NCBI GenBank assembly: GCA_025201805.1
Contig: MU619325.1
Location: 62,001 to 126,000, forward strand
DNA: 64,000 bases
Direction: 5' to 3'
Origin: Parasitella parasitica NRRL 2501
Taxonomy: Eukaryota; Fungi; Mucoromycota
Part shown: positions 1 to 11,844 of the stretch, in pieces
Position numbering within the stretch: the first letter of the stretch is position 1
Layout of the letters: each line of letters opens with the position of its first letter
Program-made: the position numbers and the translations under genes
Notes under the pieces: model-generated
Database searches by the model: none
The model's input: the letters and a program-made list of their open reading frames with translations, nothing else
What the model was told of the DNA's origin: nothing

Positions 1-154
1 ACGCCAATGAAGGTGTGCCAGCAAAGTTAGTACGACATTTGAGGGTTAAAAAAGGACACTAACGAGACGATATCTGATCATGGTACACGGGGTTGAGCAG
101 CAATTTATTGAAAAAAATATACACACATTCTACAGACTTATAGATGACAAAAGA

Positions 155-871
155 TCAAGGACAAAATACAACCTGATATGCTGCAGCCTTGCATCCATAG
201 ACACTGGTTGCATCATCAAAAGCATAGCTATAAGCTTCAGGACATTGAGCTTTGATTCTTTGAGCGTAATGGTTTGAGGTACATGTGCCTGCTGTATTGA
301 AAGCACCAGTACAGCAATACTTGTCATCACCGTATTTCGAGCACGCACTCTCACAAGCTACAAATTTGCCGACTCCATTGACTGATTGTAAATCAAGTGG
401 GCACTCAGGAAGACTTGTGCATTCAGAAGGTCTGCAATGTCGTTTGTCTAATTTTACTAGCTGATCCAAGCCTTTGATCATTTGTGGTTCGATGCGAATA
501 GGGTAGTTGTAGCCATCGACAAACGAGACATCGTAATAGTCGATATCAGCAAGGACAGATGATAATTTGAACTCTGCTAGCGATGCTGGATTATCTGCTC
601 CAGCAATATCGCAATTGTGGACATCGCAGTTTTCTCTGGCCCAAATACGCCCTCCCCAGTTTGCTTGAATAGTTAGTGCGTGAGTTTTGCCGTTCTGCAG
701 TGGAAAGATGTGGCCTCGAGGCTCATCATTTGTTTGATATCCAATTTCAAGATTATGGCCACACTTGTTCAAAATGTTGATTTGCTTGGTCTCAGGGCTG
801 CCAGAGGGGGCTGCGTGAACAGTAGTAGAAACTAGAGTTAGAGACGCTGCTAACAGCAAGGATGTCTTCAT
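155..871 (-). CDS. Secreted thaumatin-like (PR-5/osmotin) protein
   Basis: Signal peptide from the ATG at 871 (MKTSLLLAASLTLVSTTVHA). Motifs WGGRIWAR, PASLAEF, DYYDVSFVDGYNYP, CPEAYSYAFDD and a YQVVFCP end. Cys-rich, intronless. Confidence 0.93.
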   Translation of the reverse strand: MKTSLLLAASLTLVSTTVHAAPSGSPETKQINILNKCGHNLEIGYQTNDEPRGHIFPLQNGKTHALTIQANWGGRIWARENCDVHNCDIAGADNPASLAEFKLSSVLADIDYYDVSFVDGYNYPIRIEPQMIKGLDQLVKLDKRHCRPSECTSLPECPLDLQSVNGVGKFVACESACSKYGDDKYCCTGAFNTAGTCTSNHYAQRIKAQCPEAYSYAFDDATSVYGCKAAAYQVVFCP

Positions 872-1060
872 TAGAGAGTTTGGAATTATACAGATAATCT
901 CTGGCAAGGCAATGGAACGGTATTTATATGGCACCGTCTAGTGTGTTTCTCTCACCCCTTCATATTGAATATAAATTCTCAACTTAAATCAAATACCACA
1001 ACGAAAGAGCCTCCTTACCATTCTTTTGTTTGGAAACAAAATATATACCAGACATTTTTA

Positions 1061-3183
1061 TTAAACATTTTCCTTCATTTCTTCATCTTTGTTTGTTGTT
1101 TCCTCTATCAAGATTTCTCTTGCTTTCATCAATGCGCCAATTTCAGCCTGCACATGATCTTCTGTAATTTTCTCTCCCACCACAAAGTCGGGAATGGCCG
1201 CCTTGTTTGCAGACTCGTCCTCTTCTTGGCCATTTTCGTTGCTTTCGTGCAATCTTTCATGCATCTCCTTGTAGCTGTCTTTCTTGGCCAGGTAGAACAG
1301 TCGGATAAGCGATGGGTGGTTGTCGTAAACAATCCTTGATGCCTGTAGTAAGGCGCCATTGGCAAGGTTGAATCTTTCTTGAGGAGGATCAAGCGAGTCT
1401 TCCAGTTCCATCAACGAGCTGTCAATCACTTGTGTGCCTGTGAGTACCTTGGGTCGATTTCTACATGACGTATCAGTAATGGGCAGCAGAACTCCATTCG
1501 TCGCACTTACAGCATAAAGCTAGATAATGATGTGCTATCTTTGCTGTATAATTTCGACACTTCGTGGTTGCCATGAGAATAACGGTATCTTCTTGGTGGA
1601 GCCTCCAATTTCGGCTTTTTTTTCAGTCTATTTTGTTCTAATTCATTATTGTCTCGAGGCTGCTTTTCAAAAGCAGGGCATCCAGATGCCTTCCAGATGA
1701 TCCAATGACGCTCGTGTTCCAAAATGGTCAGTATAATGTCAGTGTAAAGTTTGCCGTGAGGCTTGATGGCTCTCAGGAGCTTTAGCAACACTTGCTTTGT
1801 GTCGTTGATCCATGTTATCTGATCGTCAGAGAGTGTATATGAGGGCTGAATTAGCGATTGCTTTGTTGCTCCTCGGGCTGCTAAGGCTTCTTTGGTTTTT
1901 TCTTTTTCTTGACTCGAAAATCCAGAGAGGTATTGGAATAGAATCAAGTATTGGACAATGACATTTCTTCTGAATCTAGCATCTTCCATTTCCAAGTCCA
2001 ATAGCCGTCTGCTGCTAAGTAGTCTTGGGAAACGGTACTTACGGTTAATTTCAGCCAGCACCTGCTCTACAATAGCCGGATCTTCGTCCATAATGGACCC
2101 ATCTTGTTCCTCGAGTTCGTCTTTTGATCGTTTCAAACCTTCATTCTTTCGAGCGCCTAGTATTTCAGCCTCCTTTTCGCCAATGATCTCGAATCTTTCC
2201 ATTATTTTATCAGTGCCTTTTTGCAGTTTGCTAAAGTTTTCGTCGGCGAATATCGTGGGTGGGTTGGAGAAAAAGACACGAGTAGACCAGAATAATTTGT
2301 AAAACGCCTTTTGTTCGTCTGTGTATGGGCATCGCATTAATAGATTTGCAAATCCAATGTGTGTATTATCCGTCTACCTGTCATGCTAGGATCTGCATCG
2401 ACCTGTTCATCCGAATCAAAATGGATCATGTCTGTGTTGAAATCACCTCGCAAATTGACACCGGATCGTTCGCCGAGAGGGAATGAGTTTGCAAGAAACA
2501 TGAGGATTCTGCCGCAAAACACAGTGTTGGTTTCCTTTGATAGTCTACGTAGCAGATCGTTGCACATTCTCAAAAGGATGAGGCCCTTTCCTTTACCGGG
2601 TACCATATCCTAAAGTCGTGCGCATCAGAAATGGGTTGTTATGGGCAAGGACGCATGTATAATTTACCACAGTAATTCTTGATTTGCGTTTCTCGATATA
2701 ATTAAAGATCTTTTCGCAGCCGCTGGTGGTATGAGCCTCTGACAATTCTTCAAGAAAGGTCAATGGAACAACAACGTCCAGTAAATCGACATCTAATCAG
2801 CCAGTGAGCAGGCAGTCGCCGCATAAAGGAGCTAAAAAAAAATACTTACTAGTTTCTGTACAGTATAGCACAATATCGAGACAATCGAATATTTTGTTGA
2901 ATTTCTCGTCGCTATGCTCTAAATCAATTAGCTTTAGAAGAGTTCTACGAAAGATGACTTCAGTTGCGCTCTTTCTCCAGTCTTGTTTGCTTTCGTCAGG
3001 CATCTTTATGTTGAGTCTGTTCTCGCTTCCACCTAACGGCTGGATGTGCTTTTCAACTAATTCTTGGATTACGTTGAAAGGTACTTCAGATGCCTGGTTT
3101 TGGGTCCTGTATTCTGTAGTGGACGAAAGGCAACCCTGAACTGCCTTGTCGATTTCGCCTCGATAGATGAGAAACTTGGACAT
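1061..3183 (-). CDS. THOC1: THO complex subunit 1 (Hpr1/THOC1), multi-exon
   Basis: [73 protein letters not shown] introns join the ORF pieces. Confidence 0.92.
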
Positions 3184-3339
3184 GGTTGTAAAGCAGCTTT
3201 GCGAAGAGTTTAAAAAACAGTGAAAAAAGGGATCGCGCTCAATGAGTATCCAGCAGCTTCTTCAAAAGCAGTGACTTGGCTCCACTCACTGTTGATGTTT
3301 GATTGATATCATTTTTTATCGTCTAATCAATTTAATACG

Positions 3340-5278
3340 ATGCTAGAAGAGGTGGAGCAGCTCGCTGAAGAATACAAGAACATGTTGAAAGTACGGAAAA
3401 AACACTGAATCCATAGTAGTTTTAAGCATGCGTTAATCTCGAATGTAGAAGCATTCATGGATTGGATTGGAAGAGTATGCAGATGACCCGCCACCAAGCA
3501 AAATCAGGACAAAGATCTTTGGGCTAGTGATGAGCATATCTCCTGTCTTCCAACCAAGCGGCAATGCTCAAGGTATGCATAAGGATACGTAGAAATCTTG
3601 GTTGTTAATCATCGATGCTAGATTGGCGAATAACTATAGGAATATTTGATCCAACTCTCCCAATGGTGCATGGAAAGCAAAACTCCTTCACATGCATATT
3701 TTTCAAGTATTCAGAAGCAAACTTGCCAAATCTAAAAATTGATGACATTGTCTTGCTGCGAAATGTTGCAGTGCAAGGTTTTCGCGCTAATAAAGATAGC
3801 AAAAGTAAATCTCAATACGTATCAGACAAGGAATCACAGTTTGTAGTTTTCAGCAAAGAAATGGGCGACGGCGTTGAACAAGAAGAGTTGGCCGAGGAAG
3901 AAAAAGAGCTTTTTCAGGCATTAAAGGCCTGGAGGGACGCTAAAGCAAAATATATTCAGACTCTTGCTGGCTCTAGCGGCCAACCTGTATCTTTTACAGC
4001 GAGACCTTTGCTGACGACAGAGAAGATCATAGACGATGACAGCAGATATTTCAACTACGTTGGCATGATTGTGGGCTGCTTTGACAAGCTACAAACTCCA
4101 AAGGGCAGCTACACACGTACTCTCAAACTGACAGATTTCACACAAAATCCACACCCGTACATCAGAAAGGACAGTCAATTTGCTGATGAGGGCACGGTTG
4201 GAATCGTATCGCCTGATATGATGCTGCAATGCACGCTTTGGGACAACCACGCTCATAATTGCCCAGAGCTAGAATATGGTGATTATGTGCTTCTGGACAA
4301 CTGCAATAGAAATAGCAATAATGCTTCAAAAAAGTACCTGGAAATTTCTATTAGAAGCAACAACGACCAGAGGCAATATGTCGTCAAACTTTCCAAAAAC
4401 GACAGTCGTTTGAAGCCATTGCTGCAGAGAAAAGCGCAGTTGGAAGCAATGCTGGAGCGAGAGAACTCGTCAGAGATAGCGGTTGTTCAGCACAGGATCA
4501 GAACAAGTAAGAAAAGACATAAGTGAAAATATTCAGGACTTGCATTCAATCCAGATACTTCTATTTTAAGGAGATATCCATGAAAAACAAACAATACCAG
4601 TTCGAGAATTGATCGAAATGGAGGTGAGCGAGCCTGATATTGATTTGGTGCATTGGATTGACGTTCAGTGCAGAGCGAAGGAACGGAGTATGTACGGGTA
4701 ACGATTGCGCAGTACAAACCCCTAGATTGTAAATCATGGCTTCGAGATTACTGTCAAAAGTGTAAAAGAACGTAAATAAGCATCAAATCTGATCTCCTTG
4801 ATGTCTGTTTCCAACCACTATGTACTAGGTTTAAATCAACGATCGCTGAGCAATGTGAGGTATGCAGTAGTCTTTTGAAGCCAGTCTATCAGGTAGGTTT
4901 TATGCTAGAGGACAAGGAAGGCTCAAAGTTGGTAGCTTGGGTATTTGACGAGGCAGCAGTAAGTCTATTTGTAAGGCAATCCACGCTAAGAGCTCAGATT
5001 CTATCTCATTCTAGGATCGCCTCTTTTATCAATATCCAGCTCAGAGGTTTGTTTGCATTTCTTGGTGAGGTCCAAAAAATTAAACGCGATTCTTTAGATT
5101 AAAAGACGAGCCTTCTCTGTGGCCAGAGTTCGAACAATATATGACATTGGGCCATCACCAAGAGAACAAGCCATATTTTACCTTTGGCATAAAAAAATAT
5201 TATTATTCTTTGGGCACTTTTATTGATGGCTGGAATTATTGCATCGTAAATTCAGAACTTATCTTTGAGGATGACTAA
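3340..5278 (+). CDS. POT1: POT1-like telomere ssDNA-binding OB-fold protein, multi-exon
   Basis: Manual splicing from ATG 3340. OB1: KIFGLV..DWRITIGIFDPT..LPNLKIDDIVLLRNV. OB2: LKLTDFTQN..LQCTLWDNHA..GDYVLLDN. C-terminal OB with CxxC-x11-CxxC. TAA at 5276-5278. Confidence 0.8.
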
Positions 5279-5326
5279 GACGACAGAGTTTGTGTGTATA
5301 ATAAAGTTTAATATACAAGTATATTT

Positions 5327-7867
5327 TTACGCAAGCGGGATAATTACACTTGCAGCAGCAGAAATGCATCCCTCTCTATTAACAGCCTCTACGACGACTT
5401 TACGTGCTACAGATTTGTTGATGCCATCTAAACCAGACAATCGATATTGCTCACAAAACGCCGTTCCTAAAAAGAGTCGAGTATTGATGTCGCCATCCAC
5501 CTCATGAGACACGATATAGTAATCGACCTCTTGCCAGCTAGATTGCAAACTGGCGGAACTCTTCCGCCACGAAAGAGTGCCAAAGAATCGGAATGCCTCT
5601 TCTTGGTGGTTAATCTCTTCGGTGTGTATATCAGACCACTGAAGACCCTCTATTTCATCTTTGGCTATGTCCATGCAGCTGCTACTGCTGCTGCCGGGTA
5701 TGATGCTCAGGTAACCTAGACAAGCAATGACATGTGGCGTTAATCCAACTAGGCTTGCTGTATTCACAACCACACTCATTTCGAGACGCGTAATGAATAG
5801 TTGATGCCTGCTAGGAACAGAAGGAACATCAATAATCTTGGTAATCCAGTCATTCTCGCCCGCATTCTCCTCTGTTGAAGGCAAAACAAAGCATCTGCTT
5901 TCGCAAGTATCGCTCGTTGTCGTCACTGTAACACGGAGTCCGTCTTCATCGGCAGCAGCATCAACCAGGCTGTTTGGTGCAGACCATAAATCAAAAAATT
6001 CTGCGATATCTGTATCGTCTGAAGCTTGGAAGGAGAAATGACAAGATAGAATCACCTTTGCATCTTCCATTAATGGTGTTCTGTAAATGTACTTTATTTG
6101 GCAGCCTCGACTGACATTGACGTTGAGCTGGTAGAGGGGTATGGTAATCTCTGCTTCCGTGTCTCGAGATTCACGGTGATTGAGTCGTCGGCCGAGCACG
6201 ACCAGCGAAGTGCCACCTAGATATGCACCATGGTCAGTTTGAAGAGAGCATTGTACAGCAATATTTTCGTCACTTGGATATGCTGCAGGGCTTCTATATT
6301 TGAGGTTTGGTAGTATAGATTGGTGCGATAAATGAGACCAAGGCTGACATAGTAATTTCTACATGATATAATATGAGCACGAACTCTCAAAACAATACAC
6401 AATACTTGCCTTTCCTCGATAGTAGAACCATTTGCCGAACCCTCTGTCAAAGCTGGTGACAAACCAGTCTTTTCCAGGCGCAGATATAGTTGCAACCACA
6501 TCTGAGATTCCCTTTTTGTGGCCATGCATCAATTCATCTTCGCTACAAGTGTTCACACTGGATGAGTAATGCAGTAGAATAAACTTGTGTTTGCAGACAT
6601 ATGTACCTATCATCGCTTTCCATATCTGCATTGCCATTGCTCTTTGAATCTTTTGGAGGTGGTGGGGGCGGGTATTCAGAGTAATCACCGCCGCACCAAA
6701 ACAAACGATCCATTTTTTCAAATTCATCCTTCTCGAAATGCTCATACGTCCACGCCATAGCAAACAAAGCCGATGATGTCTGTGCAGCACCAGCAGCCTT
6801 GGGGCCCTTATACGATTTGAACTCTCCTCCTCCGTAAGTATGTCGTCCCCAAACGTCGGTTCCAAAATACACATCAAGCCCAGTTTTGCCATGTCTCTCT
6901 GCTAGCCTTCTAGCCATGTTTGGATATTCCTTCTTCCACCAATAATTCAAAAAGATGCCATCTGAATTCTCAAAAAATAGCTCATTACTTGGTGTGAGCT
7001 GATTTTGCCAGTTAATTTCTCCTGTATTTGTCATGCTGTCGTACCAAATGACTTTGGATCCGGGAATCTCGGCGTGCATTGAGTCAGAAAGGTAACGAAG
7101 GAATCTACCTTACAGATAAACATTCAAGGGCGTCCCGCACAGTGCTCATATACTTACTTTGCTAGTTCGTGCGCCTTGAAGTGTGGGCTTGTAGGGAACG
7201 GGAAAAACTCGCATTCAATATTGATTAGCCAGCCGTCAAAACCGTAATGTTTGGCAATGGCAACTGATTGCAGGTTTTATTAGATGAAGGGCTCCTTTAT
7301 CATCGCATAGCCTGTATATATGCACACGTACCTAGCTTGTCTGCGTAAAAGGGGCTCCATAGCCGCATTGGATCATTATCGCTGCTGTTTAGCGTGGGTG
7401 GACCGTGAAGTAGTGCCTCCATCTCATGCATTTGATTGCTTCCTTCGACCAAAAAGGTACCCAAACATTGAACACCGTTTCTATGACAAGCGTTAGTCCA
7501 GTTAACAGGAGGAATAGAGACACGTTCATGCGAGAAACTAAATTACTTTTCATGTTAAAAGGTATTAATAACTTGGATTTTGTGTTCACACCTACTAGAC
7601 AAACATGTCTGTCAAATGCCAGTATTGGACATAGTAAACATCCTGATAGCCGTTGCCTTGAATGTTACTGTCTTCCTTGTATCCGCCTGCCATATCATGC
7701 GTTAGCAACAGTCTAGGCTTTAGGGCAGGGACTTCACGTGGCTGCAACGGAATATTGGGTATATTGAACACTTCCAAAGACGGACTCCAGTCATGAAGTT
7801 GCTTCATGTCTTTTAGGGCAAATGATGTGGGGGATCGGGTGTCTTTTTGCAGTGTCCGCGAGGGCAT
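5327..7867 (-). CDS. Endo-beta-N-acetylglucosaminidase, GH85 (Endo-M-like), multi-exon
   Basis: LLTHDMAGGYKED, YFSHERVSIPPVNWTNACHRNG, catalytic FDGWLINIECEF, WYDSMT..WQNQL, GIFLNYWW, GTDVWGRHTYGGG, PWSHLSHQSILPN. Includes a GC-AG intron at 6359-6409. Confidence 0.95.
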
Positions 7868-8199
7868 TTCTTGAATTATACAAAAGAAGAAGATAGAGGC
7901 CCGTTAGATATTGAAATTTCTGGCGTATACACCAAAAGTTTGTTGCATAAACTCTATTTCCACCAATCGTTTACCAATCGTTTAGCGACGTCCCGCATAT
8001 ATTAACAATCAATGAGGCATACTCAAAATAGACCATTTCTTAGCACATTCCCATAAACAATCGCACAGTTGCTAAATGTGTGCTGCGATAGTTGAAAAAT
8101 AAAAAAGATGGCCATTGTTTCCAAGAGTGTGGCAAATAATTTGTGCATTTGCTTAAAATGTTCAATTATTCATTGTCCAAACTTTGCCCAAAATAATCA

Positions 8200-8730
8200 A
8201 TGTTTTTGTTTGTCATAGAGGCACAGCGTAGGACTCATTGTCAGGGGGAAAAAAGTATATATATGAGCATGGGATTGACTTGGTTTGCCACTCCACACAT
8301 TTATTTTACCATACAACTAATGACCTTTGACTGGAGCTTCCTTGTAGAAATTTTCTTGAATAACCGAATCAGAGACGGACAAGAGTTCTCATACAAAGAA
8401 TTCGTGGACCATTTCTACAATGCTGACCGAGCAATAATAGACACTTACTATGTCACTGTTTTAGACTCACTTATAGCTGAACAATGTCGCATCTCAGAAT
8501 ACGCCATAAAGTTGAGAAGCGAGTTCGCTGAACGTCACAATCCCGATTCAGAGCACCATGCCGCCTACATGGCATATTGGGAGAACCGGTATGTTTGCGA
8601 AAGAAAACTGGCTACGCTAAGCTCTGCAAATAGTTGGAATACCAGCGTAGAGAAGCATTTTACCAACGGCTTAGCTCAAGATGGCGATGCTTTTATTATA
8701 AATACAGAGTGTATGAAAGTACAGAAATGA
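8200..8730 (+). CDS. Hypothetical protein (likely start MTFDWS near 8320); possibly a truncated member of a repeated family
   Basis: Intronless 176-codon ORF with protein-like composition, followed by AATAAA. No family motif recognised. Confidence 0.4.
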   Translation: MFLFVIEAQRRTHCQGEKSIYMSMGLTWFATPHIYFTIQLMTFDWSFLVEIFLNNRIRDGQEFSYKEFVDHFYNADRAIIDTYYVTVLDSLIAEQCRISEYAIKLRSEFAERHNPDSEHHAAYMAYWENRYVCERKLATLSSANSWNTSVEKHFTNGLAQDGDAFIINTECMKVQK

Positions 8731-8802
8731 AAGTTAGCGATTTAGACAATGTGTACATAAATAAAATAGAATTATAGACTGTGTATTATATGACTTGATT
8801 GA

Positions 8803-9835
8803 TTATTGCACCGGATGTAATGATGATCCGCAACCCTCGTCCATCTCTTGCTCTTCCTTTTTCGTTAATCTGGATAACGCCGCTGCTGCCAGTTTCTGTC
8901 TTTGCTGTTCTGGCGTGGTTGCTTGATTTGAGTCTGATTTAGATCCTGCTCCCAAACGATAGGTACCCGACTCGTACAAAACATCATTTTCGTATCCATT
9001 TTCATCATCTTCAGGATCGTAATAATCTCTTCCTCCCAAACGATGAGCTCCTTGAGCTGTCCAATCCAGATTCACAACATCCTTGTTCAACTGTCTGTTC
9101 AGTGCATGAAAATTGTCGTCATGGTCACCCCAGACATTGTGTGTCAATTCGTGCAAAAGCACTTTTCTCACCGAATCGTAATGTCGAAATCCAGATAAAT
9201 CGTCTGTTCTCAGCCTTAACGCGATCAACTGGCCTGCATTTCTATTATAGCCGAGAATTGTTGCTTCAAATGGCGTCAGTTCTATCAATTCGCCCACAGT
9301 CCATTTCCGATCTGCCATAATAGCTCGAACCTATTTAATCTGATTAAGGTACGTGTTTCCATGAGATACGGACAATCACCACACTTACACCACGATCGTC
9401 TCGCAATCGTTCTAGTAATTGCCTTGCCTTGTCAGGATTAGGGAATTCCGGGATGACCGATATCTTATGAAAGGTATATTTTGCATTTGGATCAGGCTGT
9501 CTTTTTCGCTGCTTGTTTTTTTGCTGTCGAATTAAAGGCGCAATGCGTCTTTGTTCTTGTATTTTCTGGTCTAACTGATTCACTTGTTCGACTTGAGTTG
9601 GTAAACTGCCCATGAGCATAAGCTTACTGTTGTTCTGGATTTTGAGCTCATTTAAAGAAATACCGTTCTCTTTTAAAATACGGCCCTTCCAAAGTAGCTT
9701 TTGGGAGTCTTCTGGTAGCGATGTTGTCTCATGGAGGTACTTTTTGACTTGCCCTACTGTCGAGGCTGAATCCCATTGTTCAAATGCTATCGTATTTGAT
9801 TTGAATGTTACTATGAAACTAATTTTGCTCGTCAT
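8803..9835 (-). CDS. Ubiquitin-like + WLM (Wss1-type) zinc metalloprotease, 2 exons
   Basis: N-terminal Ubl (TVGQVKKYLHETTSLPEDSQKLLWKGRIL..KLMLMGS). WLM domain WTVGELIEL..LGYNRNAGQLIALRLR..VLLHELTHNVWGDH (HExxH). Confidence 0.9.
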
Positions 9836-10375
9836 TTATAGATTGTCTAGTTTAACAAAAAAGTAGAGATGTATACAAGAAGTGCAATGCCAGTTTATTT
9901 ATATTCAATTTTGCATTATTAATTGAAGGAGGGGTATTGCGTAGTCATTGGGCAGAAACATTCTTGCTCTTTCTATTCTATATTTGGAAGTTACCGACTT
10001 TGTATATTGACATAGAACGGCTTTAGTCTTTAAGGTAGGTATAAAATTACTGGTCGGATTAGCCAGGTAATATTATGATTAATCAGCAGACAAAGAGATT
10101 GATTGTTGCATTCAAAATCTGGTATATTATTACTCTAGTTTAAAGGAGGCGCTGTCAGGATTAATGCTTTAATAGCGAGGAAAATTGAGAGATGAAACAA
10201 ACAGTCGCTTCATGTTTCCTCATGACATTGAGTTCAGTTTATAGAGGGCAAGCTCAATGGTCGTATATTTTAATCTTAGTCGAGACTTTTACGTAGCTTT
10301 GTGACAATGATCCAGTTGTTCAGTGTATTCGCGCTTTCGGAGAGTGTGCCAAATGATTTGAAAAACGAGTGTTAA

Positions 10376-10615
10376 CAAACTACAATTAAACAAATTGTCT
10401 ATAAATCTAATGAGCTGGAAAAGCTTTGTCAGGATCATCAGGATCGAAGATTAAGGATTGAAAAATCGAGGTCTATCAAATCCATTCCATTTGTCGTCAT
10501 CTTTATGCTTCTGTTGATAATTTCTCTGCTTTATATTGTACATACAGAATTAAATTACGAAGACGCACGACTTTCCCCTCTTCTAAATTTTGCTTCCTGT
10601 TATTACCCAACCTGA
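10376..10615 (+). CDS. Candidate terminal exon (or pseudogene remnant) of a tail-anchored protein with a KASH-like tail
   Basis: Open frame QTTIKQIVYKSNELEKLCQDHQDRRLRIEKSRSIKSIP-FVVIFMLLLIISLLYIV-HTELNYEDARLSPLLNFASCYYPT*. In-frame TAA at 10373-10375 just upstream; 5' exons unresolved. Confidence 0.4.
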   Translation, partial: QTTIKQIVYKSNELEKLCQDHQDRRLRIEKSRSIKSIPFVVIFMLLLIISLLYIVHTELNYEDARLSPLLNFASCYYPT

Positions 10616-11012
10616 CGATGTGTTGTTCACTTATCATTTTCTGTATTTGTTGTTACACGTTCTAGCACAATATTCACCTCCTTATTAGAGTGCAAATACA
10701 AACAAGGCAATCTCAAATTCTGAAGTACCAGCAGCAAAAGCAAATCAAATGAGAAATTTAAATGTTAGAGCATGCCGTATATGATTACAAATAGAATAGG
10801 GATCTGTCTATTCTGTCCTGTCGCCATCGACAATTGATGTTCACCAATTAATACATCTAAATTCTTATGGATTCAATCATTTCTCTTTATGACGACTTGC
10901 TTTGATCACATGATCATCTTTCATCTTTTCTAAACGAAAGGTTTTAATAGATGGTTGAATAAATTCTGTTCATTTCACTCTTGTAGGATAATATGGTGAT
11001 TTAAACCAAGAT

Positions 11013-11493
11013 CTATTCGTTTAAATGGGTTGACTCTACATCAGATAAAACCGTTCTTGCCTCTTGCAGTTCATTAGCATCGCCACTTTCAGTGTTGTCC
11101 TATTCAAAAAAAATTGTTTAGCTTGAGCGACATTCGAGATAATCAGCTTACCACAAGATTCTGTAAATCTTGCTGAGCGGCGGCAAGTCTCTTCTTGACA
11201 TCAGGGATCATTTGATGTGTCTCAGCAAGAACCTCTTTCTATGTTTACCATCAATAAGATATCTTACATCTTGCATTAGCATACACTTGCCTGCTTACTA
11301 ATGTCGGCTTCGTCTGCATTTTCCTCGATAAGTTTATCAATACGCTTTTGCTGTGTTACAGCTTCTTTTAAATAGCCATAGTATTCCCTGTTGATTCTGT
11401 CATGAACATGTTAATACAAAACTCACAGCCCGAGATCAGAGCATATTACCTCTTGAGAACGTTGGTTTTGATCTTTAGGGGAGTGAGGGACAT
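11013..11493 (-). CDS. RBL2: Tubulin-binding cofactor A (TBCA/Rbl2), 4 exons; not in the ORF track
   Basis: Spliced: MSLTPLKIKTNVLKR|INREYYGYLKEAVTQQKRIDKLIEENADEADISKQ|KEVLAETHQMIPDVKKRLAAAQQDLQNLV|DNTESGDANELQEARTVLSDVESTHLNE*. Matches the TBCA pattern LKIKT.V.KR..KE...Y and KQ.EVL.ET..MIPD. Confidence 0.9.
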
Positions 11494-11844
11494 TTGTATG
11501 GTATACAGTATTTATGAGAAAAGACGTGTTTTGATTTAGAGGCTGATGCCATTTCTTTTACTTTCTGCGTTTTATTAGTCCGATCCTGAATCAGAACATC
11601 CATATATCAAGAAACAGAAGTTCATACCAAATTATACGCAAATAGATAACCAAAAAGCCTTGTCTGAAAGAGTTGTGGGTCACCGATGTCTCATCTTATA
11701 AAGTTATAGTAAATCATCAATTCTCTAGTGTCTAAAAATTCTTTGATGTTGGAATGAATGCAATAGTTTCATTGATGCATTTTATTGGTATATATCGAGT
11801 TGGCTTTTATTTGTTGTGAAAGCAATGAGCCCAAGAATCGAACT

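Noticed and set aside
7962-7983. ACCAATCGTTT x2 upstream of GH85, and TAGTGTGAT x2 at 44828-44845
   Set aside because: Short slippage-type duplications; a regulatory role cannot be supported from sequence alone.
10087-10375. Stop-codon reassignment to explain in-frame TAA/TAG upstream of the KASH-like exon
   Set aside because: Neighbouring conserved genes end normally at TAA and TAG; introns or pseudogenisation are simpler explanations.
3340-11493. POT1 + KASH-like + tubulin cofactor A as a telomere-bouquet cluster
   Set aside because: The KASH gene is unconfirmed and unrelated genes intervene; no evidence beyond proximity.
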